63,835 nt of DNA, filler included, from Neoconidiobolus thromboides FSU 785 (GCA_025603075.1; 9 parts of 9 records of this genome joined end to end with filler, not necessarily neighbours in it); one strand, 5' to 3'. Counted from the first letter of the whole stretch, positions 24,010-41,938 are shown. The notes: generated by a model not told the origin, from the sequence alone. Numbers and translations: made by a program.

Positions 24010-24106
24010 GGGGATGTATTTTTTGCTTAATAATTTTACTGACAATTTTTCCACTCAAATAACGCTTAAAAAATGGAAAAAGTGGTGAAATCAAAAAAAC
24101 ATCTTT
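24010..24106 (+). mobile_element. 97-bp MITE, ATAT TSD, between two convergent tRNAs
   Basis: ATAT at 24006-09 and 24107-10. Confidence 0.85.
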
Positions 24107-24242
24107 ATATTATAAAATCGACTTACATTATGTAATAAAACTTAATCAATCTTAAGTATTACAACCTAATTGATAATAAGGAGTTTGTATCTCCAAACTT
24201 GTTCAAAAGTTTAGATTTATATTGTAAAAATGATGCAATAAA

Positions 24243-24314
24243 CTTCCTCACGGGGAATCGAACCCCGGCCGTTCCGGTGAAAGCGGAAAATCCTAACCAC
24301 TGGACCATGAAGAA
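24243..24314 (-). tRNA. tRNA-Glu(TTC)
   Basis: Minus strand TTCTTCA..GTCC AGTGGTTA GGAT..TTCCG-CTTTCAC-CGGAA..CGGGG-TTCGATT-CCCCG TGAGGAA G. Confidence 0.96.
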
Positions 24315-24690
24315 TTAGCTGTTTCTATATCTTATATCAGCAATTAATATATAAATTACAATTTTTTTTTAAAATAATGAAGCTAAAAGCATTTTCATAT
24401 TTTCTAACAATAATTCAACTAATTTTTGGCTAATTCAGTATTAACAATCCCATTAAACTCCTATAAATAATAACTTTTTTAAGTTTCTCTAAATAGTTAG
24501 AACTCGATTTTAAAATAATAAAGATAGTTAACAATTCGTAAAATTACTTAATTAAAAATAAATACATATGTTCTTTATTTCAATCTTCCATTGAAGCCCT
24601 ATAATTTTGATTTTTTCTCCTCACCATATATAGTCAAAAAACTCATCATAAAACCACTCCTATACAACTTCATCATTGTTTCTTCTAACT

Positions 24691-27600
24691 TTAATACAAT
24701 GGTGGTGATAAAGGAGGCGTATACCCCTTCTTTTTCTCTATCTCCATTTCCTTTCCTTCTTCTCTTCTTTCCACATTCAGTCTTATCATCTCCTTCTCTT
24801 CCATTTGATTAAACACTTCCAATTCCAACCAATCTTCATAATTACACATAAAATCGATATCTAAATCCAAATTATCATTATCATAACCGGAATGAGCTAC
24901 CAATTTGGTTAAATTCATTTGTTTCATTTCATTTATTAATGACATTTCTTTTTCTCTTTCAAGTGTTGGTGAATAATATTGAGTATTTTGGATACTTCGT
25001 TTAGTACTAAATTTCGATAATGAATTCACTGATTTTGAATGGTATACTGTTTTTGTAGTGCCATTGGAGCTTATTGTTGTTGGATTGGTATCATGGGCAC
25101 TATAAGATCGCTGTGGCATTACTGGCATCATGGAAGTCATATTACTTTTATTGCCATCATTTAAATTACTTGCATTATTGCTTTCCATTGGATTTCCCAT
25201 TAATAAAGTATAACATTCTATTTCAGGGTAATAATACTGATTATAACCATTAATTAATTGTTTAATGGATAATGTTTGTTGTTCTATTGAAGAACCAAAA
25301 TCATAGGGTAAAGCCCAATTTTCATTAAGTCCTTGCGTACTAGTTAGAAAGATTTGAGTAATGATTTTCATATTGTTTTGTCGCCATTTACGACCTAAAA
25401 AGGGAATTTGGGATTTAAAAATTTCCATAATGTAATGGTTCAGTTTGGGATGTCCCACTTTTAAGACGCGTTTTAAAATAGCCTAAAAGACAGTAAGTTG
25501 GTGAGAGTAAGTATAAATTGAGTTAACTTACGGAGGATTTAAATTGAACTAGCATAGCAATTCGAGCTAATTTTTCTTTAGTTAATAAATGTAAGATTCG
25601 AAAGAAATTAATAGATGTATATATATTTCTACCCGGTGGAAAGGGCAACTTTAAATTATTGGCTTCTTCTTTTTTATTTGTATCTAATTAAAATTGTTAT
25701 CAAATTTAATCTTATTAATAAAAATTTATTTATTGATTACCTTTGACTTTATTACTTGGTTTCAATAAAGCTTTAAAAAAACTAAATAAATATTAAAAAT
25801 TAATCAACTAATTAATATAATTATAACTGTAATTAATTAATTCAACTTACCAAAGATGATCACATTCATTTCTTATTTTATTAAATGTATTGAAATCTTG
25901 TAAACCATATAATTTTAATATTAATAAGATACCATTCGAATCACTTATCATCTGGGAATAATATTCAAATTTCGTTGCATGTTGAACTTTGAATCCTTTC
26001 AGTAATATTAGTAATATAGATGAGATTGCTTTAGCTACTATTTCTTTATGTCGAATATCATCAATTTCATCCGCTGATAAGTGAATAGGTGTATCAAATG
26101 GTGGTTTTAATTCTCCATCTTTATTACCTTCGTTAAATATTAAATTAGTTAATTAATTAGTATTGTGTATTATATGTTATATATTAGTATTATTATAATT
26201 TACTTACCAAATGGATTTTTTTGCATTTGCATACCCATCATCATATTATCATTGTTATTGCTACTATTAGATTGTGGTGATGGTATTGTAGCTAATAATA
26301 ATTTTAGTAATACAATAACAATGGAATGAGATTCAGGTAATAAATCTATCTATAAATAATAGTAAATAAAATAATAAATTATGTAATATAATACAATAAT
26401 AAAATGAACCAACTTACATATAATTCTTCTATTAAATTTAATCGAAGCTTTAATATCCTATCTTCTTCTTCTTCTTCTTCTTCTTCTTCTTGTATTTGAA
26501 TTTCGTTTAATGCTATTGTTGGTGTATTTTCATTTTTATTTTTGTTTTCGTTTTCGTTTTCATTAATTTTTTGATTATTATTATAAAAATTATCTGGTAA
26601 TTTGGTTTCAGGATCATTAAACAAATCAAATAAATCAATAGAGACATCTAATAATTGAATAAAATCTAATGGAAAATATAAATTATTGATAAATAGTTCC
26701 GCTGCTTCTAAAATTGGTTTAGGAGCAATAGAATGCTGTTTTGTTAATGGTAATAAAAAAGGGGAATCGGAATTATTATTATTATTCATTAAATCGTTAT
26801 TTAAATAGTGTTTTTGTTCCGAATTATTATTCAATATTCTTGGTGAATGAAATGTCCATTTTGCTAATGTTGGTGGGGTTGTATAATATAAATTGCTTAA
26901 TTCCGAAAAACAAGATGGATATTTTTTACTAAATGTATAAAAAAATAGATTATACTCTTCTGGTTTGACTTTGGGCTGATCTGGTAAATGAATGATTTAG
27001 TATAATATTATAATAATAATACCGTTGTAATTTTATTCAATTTACCTTTACTAGGTTTTGATTTTAAATTATAATTTTTTCTTTGAAGCTCCTTTAGTTG
27101 CTTAAATGTATTTAAATCACCATAAATCGTTACTAATACTTTCCATAACAATAAAAGTACCTATTAATAACATAAATAAAAATACAATCAACTTATTGTT
27201 ATTATTATCATTATTGTATTAATCCTTGTTTAATATTAAATTACTTACTTTTTTAATTGGATAACCTTTAAAGCTTTTTTCTTTTAATTTAGATATTAAA
27301 TTAAATAAAAATGGACATATTTTAGGCTCAAGTGAAACTAAATTAATTATTATTATAGATAAAATTACTTTGATTATTGATAATAATGATATCAACTTAC
27401 CTAATTCTTCTAAAAAACTTATACTGTTTTTATTTTTATCTTTATTTTTACTATTTTCTTCTCTAGGTCTATTGACCTCAATTAAGAGATATAACAATGA
27501 TAATAAAATACTTAGTTCCAAATTAATCTCATTCATTTGATTAGTATCAATAGTAGATCCGTTCATAAATAAACTAAATAAATATAAAATAAAACATTAA

Positions 27601-28447
27601 ATTTATAAACAATAAACAATAAATAATAAATAACAAATAATAATAAATAATAAATAATAAATAATAAATAATGGGTAATAGATAAACTTACTTTACTAAT
27701 TTATCATGTTGCATACTAGCCATTTTTAAAGCTTCAAAATAATATTGAATTGCTCCCAATTTTTTTAATCGTTGGTTATTTTGAATCAATTGATTAATAT
27801 GTTCTGTTGGTGTTTCATGATCTCCAAATTGGCCTATTTAATTTTAAATTTCAAAAATTATCTACATTTACTATTATTATTAATTGAATCTTACCTTGAG
27901 CAAAATATAATAAACATTGACTTGCTCTAAATCTTCTATCTCTATCTGCATGTTCTAAAGATTCTAACCAAACGTGTAAAATAGTTTGACTTTCTTGTTT
28001 TGAATTAGCATACCAATCTAATTTCAATTCCAATTTAATGTCCTTTCTTTTTTAAAAAAAAGTAAGTTAAAACTTACCACCACAGACATCTAAAAAAGTC
28101 TTTTGATTATCAATATGTCTTGTTAGTTCAGTATATGAAAAAAATTCGTCAATTTCTTGAGCTATAGAGAATTGTAAATCATAATCAAAACTTGATTTAA
28201 TTTCTTTAAAATCTTCTTTTTGTTCTAAATAATCTTTAATCTGAGTAATTGTTAATGAATCTTTGATATAACTTTCTTCAGGAGTAGATGGAATGGAAGA
28301 TGGATCCGTATATTTCTTTTCTTCTTTTTTGATATTTTGGACTAAATGGTATTCCGCTTTCATCCGTTGTTGAAAACTGGATTTACTGTTGCTAGTGTTA
28401 GTTGAGTCGAGACCAAATATAGGCTCCTTAGGAAACTGAGTACCCAT
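24691..28447 (-). CDS. FAR11: Far11/STRIP-family STRIPAK subunit, multi-exon
   Basis: QEIDEFFSYTE, RFRASQCLLYFAQG, PIKKV, QIPFLGRKWRQNNMKIITQIF and CNYEDWLELEVF; joins ORFs 28067, 27851, 27219, 26379, 24691. Confidence 0.88.
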
Positions 28448-29438
28448 TTTTGTTTTTATTATATTGTTTGTTGTTTAAATGATGTTTGTGACTTTTTAAA
28501 AATTATTAAACTAGTAAATGAACAAGAAGATTTAAATAAAAGTGTCATAAAAATGCATGTTAATTTTAAGAAAATCAAAATTCCAATTTTGTAGATTTTT
28601 GAAATTATGACAGATTGCTTTCTCAATTCAATATTCAAAAATTGATATTAAATCAATAACAACAATAATAGATTCTTTTCCCTTTATCGTATTGATAAAA
28701 GTAGTTGGTATGTAGCATAGAAACATTGATTTGAGATGATAGAATATAGTTTATTTATTATAAACAAGTTATTAAAATAACAAGAAAAAAGAGAAACTAT
28801 AATAAATGTAATTAAGTGAAAAATATCATTATTATGAATTTAAGATTGTTCTATATTAATACTTGAAAACACTTTATTTTTAATCTTTAATTTTATATAA
28901 TATTTTTGCATTTTATGTGATGTAAAAATAAACAAATTAGTTTAAAAAAATAGAATGTAGCTTTGAATTTGAGAACTTTTATGAGAATTCAAACCAGTTT
29001 TGCCCAATTATGAATAATTGCTGAAAATTGGTCAATTATTAAGCAAATGATTTGAATTTTCGTTCTAGTTTTCAAATTTCAAGCTGTATTACTTTTATTA
29101 AATAGATTTCTTAAGCTAATTTTAGAACCTTTAAATTTCTCTACTTTTAATTATTATATTGTTTAATAAATAATATAAATAAAACATTTTATTTTTATTT
29201 TTATAGGTTCTATGACATAAATAAAAGTTAAAAAATGATATTATTAATTTAACATCACCACTTTAATGAAAATCAAATATAAGAATTAAGTTCTCGAAAA
29301 ACTTATCTAATTTTCTAAATTTAGTCAAAAGTTCTATAAAATTATTCTATATCTGTTCTTGATAAATTAAAATTCATTACTCCTAATTAATCACTTTTCT
29401 CTTCATTTCTCACTTGAAATTTTATTTTAAAAAATCAA

Positions 29439-30699
29439 ATGTTAACTACTAACCATTTCTTTCGATTACTTCCTTTGTTATTTCTACTATCATTTATAAC
29501 TTCACAAAAAACAAATACTTCAATTCCATCAAGGTGTTATGATCATTACCCTACATTTAATGAAAATGGACCGAAGAGTATAATAAAATCAAATGATTGT
29601 AGTACTAATCCAACCCAACTTCAACCCGTTAATTCCCTATTAAAATCCAACTATGGTAAATATAATGGGAATCATACTATGATAACATCTTCTGATAGTA
29701 AAGTACAAGTATATTTATCTTGTGTTGGTACAAAAGATTTATGTAATAATATAGAAAACGGGTTTATTTCAACGGCATTATTTTTAGAAAACATTATTAA
29801 TTTTACTCAACCTATTTTAATTAAAGCTTCCTTCTATCCTTTTTGTCAAAGTATGGGACAGTGTCCAGAAGGTAGCTCCTATATGGTAGGTCAAGCAGGA
29901 CCATTAAGGAGTTTACCTATTTCAGATGATAAAGGAGCAGTACGATTATATCCACAAGCATTATATAAACAATTAATGACTTCTAAACAACAGGATATTA
30001 AATATAGTCAATATGATATATTTGCTGAATTTAATTCAGAAGCGCCTTATTATTTTCCTAATTCTAAAGTTAAAGGCGGTGATAGAGTTAACTTTTTGGA
30101 TGTAGTTTCTCATGAATTATTACATGGCTTAGGTTTTGCTAGTTCTATTAATGATAATTTCAATACTGGTTTAGTAACTTTTTATCCGGATATTGTATTA
30201 AAAGAAATGAAAGATTCCAAATTAATCAAAGTTCAATTTATTCAATTCATATTCGATAAATTTTTAGTAATTAGTAAACCAGATAATTATGTAGAAAAGT
30301 ATTTGAATTTGTTTAATCAAAATAATTTATTGGACCCAGTAAACCCATTAAAAGAAGGAAGTAAACTAGGAAATATAGCAAAGGATTTAACAAAACAAGT
30401 GACTATTAAAGATAATCTATTTTTCCAAATTAATAAGGATACTTTGATTACATTGGAAACTTCTTTAGTTCCTTATGCACCAGGTTCTTCCATTTCTCAT
30501 TTAGACAAATCCAAATATTTAAATACAGCTGATTCTTTAATGTGTTATAGAATGGAAGATAAAGATATTTATGAAATTATGAAATCGATTGGGACCTGGA
30601 ATACAGCTCCTTATGGACCAAATACATTAGCTATTTTAGAAGCTATGGGATATACATTAACCAAAAATCCATCTCAAGAGCATTCTTATAATATGTTAT
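29439..30699 (+). CDS. Secreted zincin-like metalloprotease, 3'-truncated by gap
   Basis: Signal peptide; GQAGP..S, LYPQAL, DIFAEFNS, HELLHGLGF zinc motif, PGSSISHLD, SLM (Met-turn-like). Confidence 0.82.
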
Positions 30700-30799
30700 N
30701 NNNNNNNNNNNNNNNNNNNNNNNNNNNNNNNNNNNNNNNNNNNTTAATTAATTAANNNNNNNNNNNNNNNNNNNNNNNNNNNNNNNNNNNNNNNNNNNN

Positions 30800-31345
30800 C
30801 ATATCAATTTTCATCTCATTCCTTTAGTTCATGATGTTTTAATTCAAAAAATAGCTTCTTTTTATCTTCATTAAGGTTTAATAGTCGATTAGATAGTAAA
30901 ATATTGATTTATAATAACTCTTCAAGTCCTTTAAATTTTTTATACTCTTTATTGTGGCATCATTTCTAGTCATTGATTTGATATTCCTTATTACAATACT
31001 TCACTTTTTTACAACTGGCATATTGTCTAAGTTCCTTAATAATTGGAAAATCTTTATCTACTCTTTCACATGATATGGATTCATACTTTACTTAAATAAC
31101 TATTACATCATCCAGTTATCTTATATTTATGTAAAATGCTCACTAATGCTTCTTCAAATAATAATGTATATTTAATAACATCAAATTATTATATAAATCA
31201 AATTTACTGAAGATTTGAATTTAGCTTGTTTCAATTAATTGGCATGTAAACTATAGCCTTTTATTTTATTATGCCTTAAAGTTAACTTATCCTTTAGTTT
31301 TTCTTGCACTATTTTGATCCTTTTTAGACTAAGTTGATTTCGCAT
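30800..31345 (-). pseudogene. SMYD (SET-MYND) pseudogene, tandem duplicate of the adjacent gene; 30800-31288 is the left inverted-repeat arm
   Basis: MRNQLSLKRIKIVQEKLKDKLTL vs MRAQLSSKSINIIEEKLRDKLTL; CKKVKYCNKEYQIND*K*CHNKE with in-frame stops. Confidence 0.85.
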
Positions 31346-32114
31346 TGGATCGAACATTGATACTAAAAAGAATAAAAGATATAACTAATTTTCATTATTT
31401 TTTATAAAAAATGGTAATAAACTCGTTGACTTGAATCAAAATTTGAGCTTGAATATACATTAGCTTCTAATTTGAGCACAATAGCAGTAATAACCACAGT
31501 TGAAAAAATAAGATAAAAGCTAGTGAACATGAAAAATCACTTCAAAGAACTCTATAAAATAGAACTTTACATAATATGAGTATTAAACAAATAGCTATTG
31601 GCCTTAATTTCATAAACTTTTACCCATTTCAATAAAGACAAATCTATTCCAAATTTACACTTAATGGCGTTAATACTTTACTAGCATAAATCCAGTCTTC
31701 TATTTGAGGTCTGAAATTTAGGTTCCATAATTTTAATTCACATTGCAATATGAAAGTTGTATTAAATTTAGCAAAGATGCTATTGATATTGAAAATACCA
31801 GTCCTCATAATTGAATTAGACTAGACTAGCATTAATATCAAGGTTAGGGTTTAAAGGTATAATATTAATAAAATATATTAGAATATGATCCAATATTTGA
31901 ACAAACAATATTAATTAAAAATCAAACTTATTTCAAAATATTAACTATAAATTAACATTACTATTATTTTACTTTATACCTTTATTTTAATTAGATTAAT
32001 AACCTTTTTAAAAATCGATTAATATATTGTCATCTATATTTCAAATTATACATTTCGAAAGGGTGCTTTGGTTTCTTTTTAATGCTGTATAACATCAAGC
32101 CTTAAAATTTTAGA

Positions 32115-33707
32115 TTAATATCTTAATTGAGACTGATAAATAACCAAAAGTTTAATAATATCAGAATCAGAATGATGGGTAATCTTTAAGTTATTCAATG
32201 CTAAATTACAACTTTCCAATACTTTTCCAATTTCTGTTTCTTTTGGCTTCAAACTTGTATCTAAACATTGGTATGATTGATATTTAGCTAACATAGCAAG
32301 TAGTGAGCTTTTTACCGAATGGTATTTATTATTAAATATTTTTAAATATTTTTTCAGGTTTTCTATAAATTGTTTCTCATTTTCTATATATTCGATTTTC
32401 TCACTGCTACCTTCTATTGTCATTAGTGATGTTAATTGTTCAAGATAATAGAAAATTAAATGTTGATAGAGCATTTGCTTTAAATAATGTTCCTCTCCTA
32501 AACAAATAATTTCCTTTTCAATTTGCTTTTTTTGTTCTTTTGTTATCAATCTCTTTACGTTATTTAACGTCTTTTTAAGCTCAACTAACTTATCCGAATT
32601 AGGTTTTAATTCCATTCCACATCTTTTACAACAGATCTCTATTCCTTTACTACATTTTTCGTTTAATATATTTTCTTTACTACAATTTGAGCAAAAGATT
32701 AACTCTAAAGGATCGATATCCTAAAAATGGGATTTAATATCATTATCTCAATAAAATAAAAATAGTAATGGTTACCTTTCTTTTTTGATCTTCCAAACAT
32801 AAATTACATTTACATTCAAAATAAAAATTATCTAATAGCCTACTTTTTCTAATTGAATATGGTAATCCAGGTTCCAGATAAGAAATCGTGATTTCTTCTT
32901 CAGGTTGAATATCCTTTAAAGCTTTCAAGACTAATCTTGTGCCCATAAAACCCACTGTAGTATTATTTATACAGCTATGGTTAATTAAAGAAGCAATAAA
33001 ATAACAACCAAGTCCTAAGTTGACCTGTTCTTCATCATTAATAGTTAAACAATTAAATTTAATCCTTGACCAAGTTTCTAATATTTCTATTGGATTTGAG
33101 AACTCTTTTTTAATATCAATAAAAGATGAGCTCATTAAACTTAATTTTCCATATTCTTGCTTATCTTTTGTATTCAAATCATGATAAATTAGCTCATAAA
33201 ATTGCCCTTTCTTATCTTCATCAAGTTGCAACAATCGATTTAAAAGTAATATTGAAGCTTCTAATAATTTATCCTTTCCTTTAATTTTTTTGCATTCTTT
33301 ATTATGAGCTTTCTTCCAATCTTCTAATTGACATTCTTTACTACAGTACTTTACTTTTTTACAATTAGAACATTGCTTTAGTTGTATTGAGTTAATATTT
33401 TCACCCGAAAATAAACCTTTTAAATTATATGGGTCTGAGTTCAATTTAAAACAATTGTTACATCTTCGAGTTATGTTATCGATAAATAACACATTTGCTA
33501 AAGCTTCTTCTTCAAATAATAGACTGCCTTTAATAAGGTATGTTAATGATGAGAGTGGAATGGATGGCTGAATTAGTTCTTACCTTGTTTTATTAACTGG
33601 ACAGAGTGTAAGCTGTAGCCTTTGATATTATCATATTTTAATGTCAACTTATCTCTCAGTTTTTCCTCTATTATATTGATGCTTTTGGAACTTAGTTGGG
33701 CTCTCAT
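32115..33707 (-). CDS. SET and MYND domain lysine methyltransferase (SMYD-like), 3 exons
   Basis: CNNC, CSNCKKVKYCSKECQLEDWKKAHNKEC (MYND), LINHSC and EEITISYL (SET), post-SET FECKCNLC; ATG at 33707 with a GT-AG intron. Confidence 0.88.
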
Positions 33708-34247
33708 TGTAATTGAAATTAATCGTGAAGGTTATTAAAATAAAAAATTGTATTTTTTTAATTTTTGTAAATCATCAAATTTATTGGGTTTTAATCAAAA
33801 CAGGAATTTTTAGTTAAGCTTAAGGCTACATTTTGTAAGTCTGAATACAATATCATTAAAATTATATCTACAAGCAGTGAAATAGAATAGAACACAAACA
33901 ATATATATTAATCAAAATCATCACATAAGACTATACACAACACATTAAAATAGAGAGTACTAAACGAGTAATATATCAATTTAGCATAAAGCTTCCACTT
34001 CCAAAAAAAGTTGATGCAATTTCCCAAATATAGAAAGGATGATGCTAAATTATTTTATAGTCAAACCTAGTCATCCCATCTCAATTGAAAAAAATAAATA
34101 TATATTTAAGGAGATTAGAAAAGGGGTCATTGACTAAAATTCATTCAGTTTTAAAATTATAAACTTCAGTTCTGTTTTTTATTAATATTATAATATTTTT
34201 ACGAAATATATATATATATATATACAATATAAAAAAAGAGATAAAGA

Positions 34248-35715
<1,468 letters not shown>

Positions 35716-36083
35716 GGGGGAAAAATAAAAAAGAATAAAAAAGTAGAATAGTTAAATTTTTTGTATTTTTATTACAATTGAAATAGATGACTATTGCTTT
35801 TAAAAAAAGGGCTTAAACCTACTAATTTTAAGTCTATTTGAAAGTATAAAATAAGTATTTAAAACTTAAACTATAGAGTATATTAAGCAAGAGTTAGTAC
35901 TCTATTGTAATATTAAAGATATCTTATTTCCTATGATATGGTAACAAAATACAAAAAACAATCGAAAGTTTATTTTATTTCCGATCTAATTTTAATCAGC
36001 TTTAAAATTCCAAAAAAAATAGGATCATACTAGTTAACTAAATCTTTTATTATAAACAACCAAATAGCATTCCCAACCTTTTA

Positions 36084-36960
36084 TCAATTTTTAATATTAA
36101 ATAATTTAATCAATTTCTCAGCTTCTAAATCAATAAATTTATTATATTCAATTGGTAATTTCTTTTCCTCATTATTATTTTCTATCCTATTTATCTTTTT
36201 ATATAATTCAGGATTAATTTCTTTCATTGATTTTTCAGACATTGATTTTAAATATTTGATTCCTTCATTCGACGAGTTGTTTTGATATAATTTCTATTTT
36301 TAAATGCAAGATTAGTATATTTATTTTATTACGATAATATAATAAAATAAACAAACTCACCAAAATATTTTGAATTTCTTCATTTTCAAATAGTCTATCT
36401 GGTAAATAATTGGGCTCTTTAGTTAACCTGTCTATAGCTAATAAAGTTATTAATTTTAAGTAACTTTGATACATTATAATTTTATGATTCTATTTACCTT
36501 TTTTATCTACCATATTTTCCTCACCAAAATTGAATATTTTTATTAATTCTTCAATTTTTTCTTTGGAAAAATTAAATGTTAAGCCTGGAATTCTTAGTTT
36601 TTCTATTGTTTGATTACCATTTATTATTCTATTTACTATACTTATTACTATTCACTTACTGTTATTTTCTGTTTCCAATGTTTTAGATAAACTATCATCT
36701 TCCATTAATTCCATAGCTAAACTATCGATATCATTATTTATACTTGAACCCTTTTGGTTAATATTAATTAATTTATATATTAATTCAACACTATATCCTT
36801 ATTTACCTCAGTTGAATTCTCTTCATTATTTTTACGTTTAAGATTGTTATTGGTTTCGGGTAACTAGATTAGAGTTAAGTTAAGGCTTATAGCTAGCAAA
36901 TCGTTATTGATAACTTACTAATCTTATAAAACGTTCTAATTCTTTCCTTTCTGAGCGCAT
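36084..36960 (-). CDS. Hypothetical multi-exon protein (~200 aa), no family recognised
   Basis: Several open segments joined by GT-AG introns (MRSERKELERFIRL..., YQSYLKLITLLAIDRLTKEPNYLPDRLF...); includes ORF 36265..36474. Confidence 0.45.
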
Positions 36961-37127
36961 ACTTGGTAGAGTGAATATTTTATCAAAAAAATAATTAAAT
37001 AAACAAAACTGAGTTTTTTAAGTTACTCTTCTCAATTATTTAACCAATAAAAATTATTTATAAAGAGCAAAAAAACTCCAGTTTCAAGCTATTTCAATTA
37101 TTTTTTCTTATTTCTCAATTACAAATT

Positions 37128-39693
37128 ATGATTCATAAAAAACAAATTAATCCAGTAAATACAATATTATATATAATAATGGCAATTAGAGTATTAATGA
37201 AACATATACGGTTTTAGTTTTTAATATCTTCTGACAGCCCCGTTGCTTCAAATGAATCCAGTGTCAAAAGATATAAAATAGATAAGTTGGAATTAATTAG
37301 CAATAATGAAAAAAAAATCGAAAGAGAAGAAAGTTTTAATTCTACTGAAAATAAGGAAGAAGAAGACGAATTAAAACTGGTACTTATTTTATTTATTACT
37401 ATTATTTGATATTATAGAAATTAATGGGATTTAATTAACATTTAGTTTGTTCAAAGTATTAATCAAATTATTGAGAATGAAAAATTGAAATCAAAAGTAA
37501 TAAAAGAAAATACTATAATTCAACCCGATAAAAAAGATACTACATTAAATATAGACAGAATTGGAGTTAATGTTATGAAAGAGATTGTTGATAAGAAACA
37601 ACCAAAAGAAAATAAAAATAAACCGATAATTCAAAATAATAAGAAAATACAAGTAATATAATGCAAAATGGATTTATATAAATATTAATTATTATTTTGT
37701 TTAGTTTTTGATTAATAGTGGTAAAATATTCCAAGAGTTAAATATTCAATTTGAAACTCAGATTAAAACTTTGAAGTAAGTTAATAATAATAATAATAAC
37801 TTTTTTATTCTAAAGAAAATCAAAATTGATTCATTTATTTAGTCAACAAAATAAAAATATTGATTTCGATGAATTATCAACTTATATTGATAAGTATACG
37901 AAAGTTATAAAAGAATATGTAGATGATATTAAAGTAATTTATATAAATAACTAATAGTTAACAATCAATAACTAATAAATTTAAATTTAAATAGGAAAAA
38001 ACATACTTTGAAAGTATTTTAGAAACAAAACTATATCGACAAATATCATGCTTGTGGCAATTAATTGATATATTATATATAAAAGAAAATAATGATAAAC
38101 AATTAAAAGTGTTAGTATTAACTTGGTTAAAACAAAACTTTGAAGGTAAAATATTTGTTGTTCTATTATTTGTAATATGACGTATTAATTAATTTTAATT
38201 TATTATAGATTCTTCTATAGTAGATAGTAATAATTTATTGAAATTAGATAAGCCAGAAAATGATTCAAAATTTATTGGGACAATACTTAGGTAAATAAAA
38301 TTAATATTATTAATATATAATAATGATAACAATTTGAATTAAATTAGATGCTTAATTTATGGAAATAATGAAATAGCTATTAAATTATTATCTAAAATTA
38401 AAAAGGATAATATTGTAGATTACTTGGTTGTAGGTATTTACTAGATTATAGGATAGCGATAGTACTAACAACAATACTAATATTATTTATTTAAGGAATT
38501 AATTAAAGAGTTAAACACTGTAACTTTAGATGAAAGTAAAAATAAAGAAATTAAAGAAAAAAGAATTAAAGAATGGAAAAAAAAAAAAGAGTTAAATGTA
38601 TTAAATATTGATGACATATTTAATTATAAAAAAGGAATAATTGATATTATTGAATTATTAATAATCGAAACAAGAAATCCAAAGAATTTGTTTTGTATAT
38701 TAATAGATTATGAAATATCACTTATGGGCTCAATGAGTTATTTTTTGAGATTTTATTTTGATAAAATTAATAAAAAAGGATTTGGGTAAGTTGATGTATT
38801 AATATTGCTTTGTAATTATTTATATTTAATTTTTATTTAGTACATTAATTCAATTTATTAATAAGTTTGTAAAAAAAAACCAATTTGTCATTGGAAAAGA
38901 AAATAATAATAAAGAAAACGAATTATTCAATAATTGTATTCAACAGCTATTATGTAATGAGAGTGAAAAGGTAAATTAATAGAAGTAATATAATAATATA
39001 ACATTAATAATAATGATATGGTAGTTTATTAAAAATATGGATGAATATCCTATTTGGTTTCAATTACATTTCATTGATTTAATGGAAAAGAAAATGATTA
39101 TTAATAAGGAAAATAACTTATCCGAAATGTTAAATAGGTAAGTAGAATGTGTTTCTTTAATAATATCAATAGTAATTTTATTTCAACATAGAAAATCCAT
39201 AATTGAAAAGAGAGAATTAAATATTCAGAAATATATTGAATCGAATTTAATATTAACTAACGATATTGAAAAAACAAAAGAAATTAATTATAATGAATAT
39301 TTAAACATAATGTTTTTTTATATTTCAAATTTGGATTGTACATTATTGAGTAATTTATTTATGGTAAGAAAATAATAGAACGTTTTATATTTTAGTAAAA
39401 TGTATTTATATTAATACATTATTTTTAGATAACGGATAAAATTGAATTAATCAATAATTCTAATTTAATAGTATTTATAAATCAATTGCTTTTACTGTCT
39501 TTAAAATACAAGTTAATTTATTTACATGATTATATTTGTAAAGTAAGTTTAATAATATTTATATAAATAATAAACACTAATATTGAACAAATTATAGAAA
39601 GTAATTGCGTATTTTAAAAGAGAAGAAAATGAAGTTTATTATATACTCTATAAAGGACAAGTTAAGAATCCACACTTAATAAAAGATGATTGA
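37128..39693 (+). CDS. Nup85-like protein, paralog A, multi-exon, extra acidic N-terminus, apparently short C-terminus
   Basis: LWQLIDILYI...LVLTWLKQNF...PENDSKFYWDNILRCLIYGNNEIAIKLLSK and PIWFQLHFIDL resemble Nup85 conserved blocks. Confidence 0.6.
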
Positions 39694-39722
39694 TATTAAT
39701 ATTAATATTGATAACGAATGAT

Positions 39723-41788
<2,066 letters not shown>

Positions 41789-41938
41789 TATTTTTTATAG
41801 TTGGTAGGTTAAGACTAAAAATGAAAGTATTTTTTTGATTAAAAATTAATGGTATTCAAAGGGAGAGAGAATTAGGAAAATGATTGGTTCTTTTAAAAAA
41901 TGGATTTTTTTTGAAACTTCAATTGTAAACTAGCAAAT

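Noticed and set aside
22351-24094. ORFs 22351..22542 and 23879..24094 (also 62802..62990)
   Set aside because: Derived from MITE/LTR-like sequence or antisense to tRNA-Arg.
26460-27672. (TCT)n poly-Glu tract and (AATAAAT)n intronic repeat in FAR11
   Set aside because: Ordinary low-complexity sequence in an AT-rich genome.
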